Part shown: positions 54,012 through 64,000 of the stretch, one piece after another
Numbering within the stretch: position 1 is the stretch's first letter
Layout of the letters: each line of letters starts with the position of its first letter
DNA from: Octopus sinensis
Taxonomy: Eukaryota
DNA length: 64,000 bases
Direction: 5' to 3'
Assembly: GCF_006345805.1 (NCBI RefSeq)
Contig: NC_043014.1
Location: forward strand, 18,352,001 to 18,416,000
The notes under the pieces: model-generated
Database searches by the model: none
What the model was told of the DNA's origin: nothing
What the model saw: the letters and a program-made list of their open reading frames with translations, nothing else
Translations under genes and position numbers: made by a program

Positions 54012-54233
54012 TATATGCTGTTGGGGTTGGATGTATGTGTATATGCTACACCTCATTGGTATTTGATTGATCTTACAATGGAATCTGGATTTTAGTTTTT
54101 AAAATCCCTCTTCATTCATTTGCTTTCCATGTTCATACGCTCACGTGCTTATGTATGGGCGTGTATATATACATCCCTATCTCATATACATACATACGTC
54201 TATATACATGGGATGTGTATACACGCCCATACA

Positions 54234-54265
<32 letters not shown>

Positions 54266-54308
54266 TTATTAGCTTTGCATGTATGATATGTATATATATA
54301 TATATATA

Positions 54309-54342
<34 letters not shown>

Positions 54343-54428
54343 CTTATGTATATATATATAATCATTATAAGATTGTAAATAAAACGTGAAAATCAGACAA
54401 GGTTGGAATTCTTTTATTAATAAATATA

Positions 54429-54470
<42 letters not shown>

Positions 54471-55104
54471 TATATATATATATATGAGAATGTATGGGTG
54501 GTTGGATGGGATAAGATGAAATGCGATATAATAAGCAAAATAGTTGGCAATTGTAACATTATAGCATTTATGAACAATCACCATCACCTATACTGTAACC
54601 GCTACTATTATCTCGACAATTACTAACGCCACCCCAAAAACCATACACCTCCACCGACAAAACCAGCAGCAACGCGAAAACCGCCACCACCACCACCACC
54701 ACCACCACCACCACACCACACCACCACCATCACCACTATTACCACAATTTACGCTGACACCGCTGCCAGCACCAGCACCACCACCACTGCTGTCGCCGCC
54801 ACACCTGTACCCTTACCTTTAATGCAAGCACTTTTACTGCAAGTAAAGCCGCCACCACTATTTCTACAACAACTGCAACAACAAATAAACACCACCGTCA
54901 CAATAACTACCACAACTCACACTAATACGATCCCAACTAGTGTTAGAACTAGATCCACCACCACCACCACCACCACCACCATCGTCGTCGTCATCATCAT
55001 CATCATAACCACTACTACTACTGCTATCGCTTCCGCTTTTACTGAAACTATCACTACAACCACCACCACCACCACCACCATCATCACCTCCAGCATCCTC
55101 TACA

Positions 55105-55141
<37 letters not shown>

Positions 55142-55986
55142 ACAGCAACAACACCGGTGTTATTATTTTTATAAACCTGCACAAGAGGCGTCCACATTAC
55201 ATCCATGCTTCCGCATCTCCAGCATCCACACCACCAGTCAGTCAATCATATCATCATCAGTCGTTATTTACCGTGTGCAAACCACCACACATGGATCGCA
55301 TCCAGTAACTGCTGCAACACAAGATCGACTCTCAGCCTATCTCACGCGCACTCTCTCATCCTCACAACGGTCTGTTATTTATCTATTCATTATCTATTAA
55401 TTACCACGGCACGTTAGAATTGTTGTTGTCATGGTTCTTGCGGTAGTTTATTTCTGTTTATTTTTTTTATATCATCAAGAACCAAAGACACGCCTGATAT
55501 GACCTACCCAACTTATTTATAAATGTTATGTATCTTAAAAAATATATTATTTAGTATTTTTCTTTTTTTGAATCTTTCATAAAACAATTCGTTGTAATTA
55601 GTGCTCGAGTATATTATAATTGTTGTTGATGCTGATGTTATTGACGTTGTTGATGTTGTCGATGCTGTTTATGTTTACTTATTATCGCTGAGTTCCTTTG
55701 TTGGCAGTCTTCTTCTTCTTCTTCTTCTTCTTCTGTAACTATTACTCACAAGCCGCCACCACCACCGCTGCTGCTGCTGCTACTACTACTACTACTACTA
55801 CTACTATATATCATATAAGGGACGCGTATAAACACTTTCTATAGACGAGCACAATACGTACATGCATATTCACACACATATGCATGTGCGCGTGTGTGTA
55901 TGCGTATATATGTATGTATGCATGTATAAACCCTCTACACTCATGTATATCGCATGTATATGCATATGTATACATATATATTGAAT

Positions 55987-56019
<33 letters not shown>

Positions 56020-57233
56020 ACACACGCACGCGCACACACAGACACACACATATCCGGATGTATGAATTATATTCCACCGGGATGTAAGCTTGTATATATT
56101 TATATGCCAACTCTAACAACGAAGTATAATATATATGTAAATGTTCATAAACGAAGGGAGTGTACTCTAATTGCACTTTTGTCGTGCTGCATTCATTGAA
56201 CAGAGAATGGGATAGAAAATAGAAAGCAAGAAAGAGAAATGAATGTTAATGTAAGAGAAAGGCATACTAGTAAAAGAAACTTCTGTTTCCTCTATTGTTT
56301 CCTTATCGTTAGATATTGATTTGTTGAAGCAATGATGTCCCTCTGATTCTATAATCAAATTATCGCATTGCAGTATAAAATAGTAAGAGAACGTAAGAAG
56401 ATAACGATGAGTAAAAGAAACTGAATATGTAGGAAAATAAAAGGATAGTATTAGTATCATATCTTAATCCCTTTGGCAGTAGTTTTGTCTTGAGTCCTTG
56501 CACTCATACAATCAGTTACTCAGTTTCTATGGCGCATAAACGGCCGAGGTGGAAGACGGTCACTCCAAATGGGAAGCCCATTCGTCGCTAGGTTAGTCAT
56601 TTACAGATGAATAGACTAAGGCAATATGAAATAAATGGTATTTATTCAAGTAAGCAACGCAACGCCATTTCTGAGAATCGAACCCATTATCCTATGTTCG
56701 TGAGTGCAAGACCCTAACCAATGGGCCAGTCGACTTTGCAACTACTGGAATATCATTAACACATTTTAGGAGGTACGATTGTATTTGGGAGTATGAAGAA
56801 GTTAATTCTTTTATGAAATGTAATAATTCGGTACGGTTTTCTATGATCAATTGCTTGTCTGCGTGTGAAGCCTACAAAAAGTATTTGATAACGTTTACAC
56901 ACGTGTTTTATTTAAATCTTTATTTAATGATAAGTCGTATATTATCATTTTTTCAAGTACCATATACGCTAAGGAAAAATGCATTCATTTTCGTTTGGTA
57001 TATTTCAAATGTGTAAGCAGGCTGATGAGATCTGCCTTTAAACATCGGTTCTCCGGCCCTTTATTCCCCAAACCTTTCCAGATAACTGATTTTCCAAGCC
57101 AGGGATGGTCACCTTGGCCAACATTAAATTAAACGAATTTCGAATTTACTTAAATAATTAGATAAAATTCAATTAGGATAAATAAACCAAGATACCAGCA
57201 AACTAGTTTGTCGGCTGCTGCAATTTGGGGTGT

Positions 57234-57616
57234 GGAGGCGCAATGGCCCAGTGGTTAGGGCAGCGGACTCGAGGTCGTAGGATCGCGGTTTCGATTCCCA
57301 GACCGGGCGTTGTGAGTGTTTATTGAGCGAAAACACCTAAAGCTCCACGAAGCTTCGGCAGGGATGGTGGTGATCCCTGCTGTACTCTTTCACCCCAACT
57401 TTCTTTCACTCTTACTTCCTATTTCTGTTGTACCTGTATTTTAAAGGGCCGACCTTGTCACTCTCTGTGTCACGTTGAATATCCCCGAGAACTACGTTAA
57501 GGGTACACGTGTCTGTGGAGTGCTCAGCCACTTACACGTTAATTTCACGAGCAGGCTGTTCCGTTGATCGGATCAACCGGAACCCTCGTCGTCGTAGCCG
57601 ACGGAGTGCTTCCAAC
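57234..57616 (+). mobile_element. SINE family B (third tail type)
   Basis: Head GGAGGCGCAATGGCCCAGTGGTTAGGGCAGCGG..GTTTCGATTCCCAGACC. Confidence 0.88.
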
Positions 57617-57959
57617 AAAAACAATTTGAGGTTTCTGGTCAAATATCAGTGCAGACCATCAGTGTTCAGAAAGTCCGTGTTCTACTTTTATTTCATACTA
57701 TTTCGCTTTACATTTGATGCGGCTGCTACAATCGTACGTATTTTATTGGGCAGCTTCCGCAAACTGGACATACCGATTGCGAATGGCATTTACAGATCTG
57801 TGAGCTGGTAGCTGTATTCAGAAGATCTAAGTTTTTCTATATTCAAAACCATTATTATTCATCGAATTTCCTAATTATACAGATATTAATTATAAACGAA
57901 GAGATGTTAAATAATTTTTCTATACTTATGTCTTTGTTATATATATATTTTTTCTTCTT

Positions 57960-58254
57960 TTGTTCCTTCTCGAGCCACGCTTGGGTCATAAGGGCCGGTT
58001 TCCCGGTTTCCTTGGTTTATAGGTTCCCTACCTGGACGGGACGCCGGTCCGTCGCAGGTCAGCTGCTAGATGCAGGAGGAAAGAGTGTGAGAAAGTTGTG
58101 GCGAAAGAGTCAGCAGAAGTTCGCTATTACCTTCTGCCGGCCGCGGGCTGTAGCTTAGTTTTTTGCTCATAAATACACACATCGCCCGGTCTGAGATTCG
58201 AATCGCGATCCCAACTGCGAGTCCGCTGCTCTAACCCCTAGGCCATGTGCCTCC
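57960..58254 (-). mobile_element. SINE family B (inverted relative to 57234)
   Basis: Reverse complement of the 46103-type copy. Confidence 0.85.
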
Positions 58255-58290
58255 ACACACCACACCACACACACACACACACACACTATA

Positions 58291-58328
<38 letters not shown>

Positions 58329-58367
58329 TATATATATCTATATATATATATTATATATATATATATA

Positions 58368-58410
<43 letters not shown>

Positions 58411-59099
58411 AGTTTCAAATTTTGGGACAAGGCTAGTAAGTTCAGGGGAGGGATAAAGTTGATTATATCAATACAAGTGTTCAACTGGTACTAATTTTAT
58501 CGATTCCAAAAGGACGGAAAGCCAAATGGACATCGGAGGAATTTGAACTCAAAGCGTAAAGACGGAGAAAATGCCGCTAAGCATTTTGCCCCGTGTGCAA
58601 ACGATTCTGCCAACTTGCCATTTTCTGTGTTATATTTATTGAAATGGAGAATTATATGACATTGTCTTTCTGCTTCTATGTTTCCTATTCAGTTTTGTTG
58701 TTTTTTCTGTATTCAATGGCTTCTAAACGGCATCAAATGGCAGAGAATTACTGTATATACAGCTTTTCTGTTGAAAGATAATCAATTTGTAGTACAGAAA
58801 TGCTGAAAATCACATGTATATGTTACATGTCTAAGAAATATACGATATTTCGTTTGAATTATTAATAAAGATTATAATTAATTAATAATTCTAACATACG
58901 TCAAAAATTAACTAATATGTACGTTGAATGGCGAATCTATCGCTAGTAATATAAATTGAAAAATATTTTGGTTATCATTTAATATATTATAGATATTAGG
59001 TTCAAGTACGCAGATTTTTTTTTACATCAAACGTATTTAATAACATGTTATATACATACATACATACATACATACATACATACATACATGCATACACAG

Positions 59100-59476
<377 letters not shown>

Positions 59477-59477
59477 A

Positions 59478-60517
59478 TGGTGGTTGTCTACTCCTTATGC
59501 AGAGTTTGACCACCTCCTGTACCTACACCATAGCACCATCATGGCAGCTAATGTGGCTTTTTCAGCCAGACATTGTTCTGAAAAGACACCACATAGATTG
59601 CACATCCGATCTGGACCACCAAGAGCTGCAGATAAGTTCTGATCTTTGTAGATTTTTAAATGCCTTTTCAGGCCTTCGTTAGATTTGCAAACTTTCTGGC
59701 ATACACTGCATTCAAAGGTTTGTACAAACATATAGGCAAAATAATTGGTGCAGGTTCATTTTCCATGGGTTCCCAAATGAGATTTGAACCCAACAAAAAT
59801 AAAAGGCATGGTCTGTCACAAACTGTACACACAAAAAGGTCATTTTCATTCACCTTCTCGATCATCACATTCTTCCTTAGATCTCTTTTGAGCCTTACAT
59901 GCGTTATCCTGGCCTCTTCAAATGCTTTCACTCCACTCCACACTCCACACTCGCCATCCAACTCGATCCGAAACAAGAGTTTCTATGTCTACTGGATCCA
60001 CTCCAGTGACTTCATAGTAGTCTTTATGCTGACCTTAAACCTTTTTTTTAGTTTTACGCCTATAGCATTTCTCCTTTGCAAGCTCACCATAAAACAGCTG
60101 TTTCGGCATGAGTTCATCCGCCAATCGAACAATATGGCAATACCCTCTCATTTGGTTCCTTAAAATCATAGCTTTAATTAAGGTGATACCCGCAGGTGCA
60201 AGGACATCTGTGTTCGGAGTAAAAGAATTCAATTTAATGTTTCAAATGCGATGAAGGAATATTTGGTGGAATTGTTCGAACAATTTAAAGTGCCTTTCAT
60301 AACAAGTCCATGTTCCACAAGAATACAACAGGGAAGGTAAGACAAATGATTTGTAAAGAGCCAATTTTGTATTCTTATTTATATGTCGCTGGCACCAAAC
60401 GCGTAACCAAATGCTTTTGCTGCCCTTTGAATTCGCAGCTGTATTTCTATGTCAAGATTTCCATCATTCTGTACAGAGCTTCCAAGGTACATTAACGAAT
60501 CGACAACCTCAAGTAAC

Positions 60518-60518
<1 letters not shown>
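59478..60518 (-). mobile_element. RTE-clade LINE 3' fragment, decayed
   Basis: LEVVDSLMYLGSSVQNDGNLDIEIQLRI..AFG; GHIVR-like CHIVRLADELMPKQLFYGEL; C-terminal C2H2-like CSVCQKVCKSNEGLKRH. Confidence 0.85.
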
Positions 60519-60557
<39 letters not shown>

Positions 60558-60726
60558 AATTGAGATAGGGGTTGTAAATGCAACCCTCCATGGAATAACA
60601 TATATCCAATATACTGCTAGTGAAGTACCCAACAAAGTTAATACATAAATGTTAAGAATTGCGATGCAATTAATTCATTTACTGTATTATATGGGCAAAG
60701 GTAAAATGTTTTACCACAAATTCATA

Positions 60727-61185
60727 ATACAAAATAAGAAAATGGAGAAATACATCCAAATCAAATATCAATTACCAGATAATACCCAATCACAATTTAT
60801 TAAACCACTACATAAGAAACTTTAAGGTCAAACATAATAATATAGAACAAAACAGTGTACATAAAGGAGTAATATGATACAATAAGTACAATATGTATAA
60901 GAGAATATAAATATAAATAAATGTAAATATAAATATAAACTACATCTAGTATGTAGTTTATATTTATATTTATATTTATTTATATTTATATTCTCTTATA
61001 CATATCGTACTTATTGTATCATATTACTCCTTTATGTACACTCCTTTATGTACACTGTTTTGTTCTATATTATTATGTTTGAACTTAAAGTTTCTTATGT
61101 AGTGGTTTAATAAAGTATGTGATTGGGTATTATCTGGTAGTTGATATTTGATTTGGATGTATTTCTCCATTTTCTTATTTTGTAT
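60727..61185. repeat. Near-perfect palindrome with ~220-bp arms, centred at about 60948
   Basis: ATACAAAATAAGAAAATGGAGAAATAC..ACTACAT-ctagt-ATGTAGT..GTATTTCTCCATTTTCTTATTTTGTAT. Confidence 0.9.
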
Positions 61186-61495
61186 ATATATATATACATA
61201 CACAGATACATGTATATGTATATGTATATGTATACACACACACGCACACATAAATATATTTTCTTATATGTTTCAGTCATTTGACTGCGGCCAAGAAGAA
61301 TCACCGCCTCAAAGGAATCGACCCCACGACTTATTTTTTTCTAAGTCTAGTACTCCATCTAACGGCCACGTCTTTCGAACCGCTAAATTGAGGGGATATA
61401 AACACACTAACTTCGGTTGTCAAGCAATGGCAGGGAGGGGTACAATCACACAAACACACACACGCACCCACACACACATAAACATATACATACAT

Positions 61496-61830
61496 TTGGT
61501 GGTGCTTGTCCGATTCGCCTCTTGATCTCAGTGTCCAGGCAGAGGTCCTCAGCGATTGTAGAGCCGAGATAGGTGAATTGATGGACTACCTTCAGCTTAT
61601 AGTTGTTGATGGTGATGGTGGGGGCGTGCTTCACACTTTGACCTACTACCTTGGTATTCTTCAGACTCATAGTCAGCCAGAATGCCTGAGAGGCCTTTGA
61701 AAATTTGTCCATGAGGTGCTGCATTTGTTCTTTAGAGTGCGCTGTCGGTGCTGCAACGTCTGCGAACAGTATTTCTCTGACGAGTACCTGACGCACCTTG
61801 AATTTTGCCTTCAGCCGCTGATAAAGCTGA
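61496..61830 (-). mobile_element. RTE-clade LINE reverse transcriptase fragment
   Basis: RLKAKFKVRQVLVREILFADVAA..LMDKFSKA..SLKNTKV..FTYLGSTI..LDTEIKRRIGQA (FADD decayed to FADV). Confidence 0.88.
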
Positions 61831-62298
61831 TAAAGAGTGGTTGTCTTTGTTCTCAGCACTTTTCCTGAAGCTTTTGGAGAGAGAAGATCATGTTGATGGT
61901 GAAGCGTTTTGCTCTGAAACGACACTGAGATTCGGGGTATACCCTCTTAGCGATTTTCTATAGCCTATTTAGGGCAAAGACATTCCCATATATATATATA
62001 TATATATAATATATATATATAATCTAATGCATACATGAATATAGAGATAAATAGATACATAGATATAGGGGGGTTTCCTTTCATTACCAAATCAACTCAG
62101 AATGCTTTGATCGGCTCGCGGCTATATTAGAAGACACTTGCCCAAGGTGTAACGCAGTGAGACACATCCTGGGACTATGTGATTGGGAAGCAAACTTACC
62201 ACACAATAAACGTTTCTGCATCTGTTACAATATATATATATGTATGTACATACTTACATATATATATATATATATACTTACATATATATATACATACT

Positions 62299-62346
<48 letters not shown>

Positions 62347-63247
62347 AAAATCATAATGGTAGCCATAATCATCATAACATCATTACAATACTGTGAACTA
62401 TGAATACAGTAGGAATAATCAGCTACACCGTCATCTACTTCGTCACCACCTACTCTTCTAGCTCATCATTAGCAACACAAACATCACCACATTTACTTCC
62501 AGCAGCAGCAGCAGCAGCAGCAGCACCACCACCACCACCACAATTACACCTTGCAAAACCATCACAACCACAAAATCCATCACCACCCCCATTCTTCTCC
62601 ACCTCATCATCATTATCATCATCATCATCCGAGAAGATTAAGAAAGTTCACTATTGTATAGAAAATTAAATAACCTCATCAGGTCTAATAAAGCTATCAA
62701 TGTAATTAAAATTGTTTGTGTTTATTAATTGAATCAACAATATCTTGAAATTCCAATATATATACATAAATACACACACACACACGTTCTTATGCATATG
62801 TATATATTCAAGTTTATCCATCTATGTATGTATGAACAAATAATACATACATATATATGTGTGTGTGTATGTGTGTGTCTGTGTATACACGTATGCATGT
62901 ATGCAAATTAATGTATACAGATATCAATATTGATGACTAACTCTCCTGATTTCTCTAAATATTTATTGTTTGTTGAAATTAAAGTTCAATAACGATAGTA
63001 TTGTTTCTGCTTCACTTGTATCGTATTTCAAATTTCTATTCTTACCATTTCTGTGTCGACGTACGAACGGGCGCTTTCACAAACATAATTCATCCCTCAG
63101 TCTATACGTTTCTGTATTTCTAATATACTTTCTAAAAATCTATTCAACCTTACACCCTCTTTCACTGGAAATAAATATGTGTTTGTCTGTGTGTGTGTAT
63201 AGATGTGTGTGCAAAGTCACATAAAAACATACAACACATACACACAC

Positions 63248-63334
<87 letters not shown>

Positions 63335-63344
63335 CACACACACG

Positions 63345-63730
63345 GTTCTGTCGTCTGAAAAGACCAAGAAATATATGTTGACGCAGCTCAGAGTCCTGTG
63401 GAAAGAAGGGTGTTATGAGGCCCACGAATTGAAGCGAAAACATGGTAGGTATTACTTTGCCCTGTCGAGGTTGGGTGCAGGGGGTTCCCTGCCCAGTCCG
63501 ATTGTAGGATGCATACTGCCATGGGTGGCTGTGCACAGGATGGGAGAGGCAGCTTGAAAAACCCCATGTTGGCTTTTGAGCAAGAGACAGGAGTTAAGCT
63601 GGTGTTCAGTTTCGAAACAGCCAGTGAACGTTGGATACTGTCTGATGACATCAGATCCTCCTAGCCAAAGATCCAATCCCTTTGGTGAGTGGAAAAAGCA
63701 CCTCCTTATAGGTGTTATTAGCATAGAACG
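63345..63730. mobile_element. Unclassified insertion within a (CA)n tract
   Basis: GC-richer complex sequence bounded on both sides by CA repeats; no recognisable ORF. Confidence 0.35.
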
Positions 63731-64000
63731 CACACACACACACACACAACACACACACACACACACACACACACTTTCATAACCGCGAGATCATGATTTC
63801 AATTCCTTGATCGGGTGGTGCATTGTGTTCTTGAGCAAAACACTTAAAGCCACAGTGTTCTGCGATCACTTCGACACCTGACGAGTGGTACACAGTGTAC
63901 CTGTTCAGACAGTATCTGAAATAGCGAAGGCTGAGTAATGAGCTTTTATTAAATGTGGAAAATCTTAAACTGTTACTCCAGAGTTTCACGCTACCTTTCG

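Noticed and set aside
54600-55184. Thr-rich mucin-like ORF
   Set aside because: ACC/ACT trinucleotide low-complexity sequence without splice support
59478-61830. A single RTE element split by insertions
   Set aside because: Both pieces contain the same YLGS..EI..RI region, so they are separate insertions

Overview
AT-rich eukaryotic window dense in microsatellites and SINEs. The repeat families look like those of an octopus (coleoid cephalopod) genome; this is inferred from recognition of the repeats, not from a search. Almost all ORFs in the supplied track are microsatellite artefacts. Real signals are: (1) a probable spliced + strand gene (about 14130-25401, 3-4 coding exons) for an unrecognised ~290-aa coiled-coil protein; (2) several Penelope-like element (PLE) fragments with GIY-YIG endonuclease and at least six minimal type-I hammerhead ribozyme motifs, including one repeat that joins a tRNA-like head to a hammerhead and one ~485-bp non-coding retrozyme-like unit; (3) a full-length but decayed mariner plus several MITEs and foldback palindromes; (4) a stack of R4/Dong-type LINE 3' ends in one (AAT)n tract; (5) RTE- and CR1/L2-type LINE fragments; (6) three abundant tRNA-derived SINE families showing nesting, tandem copies, inverted pairs and exchanged tails.
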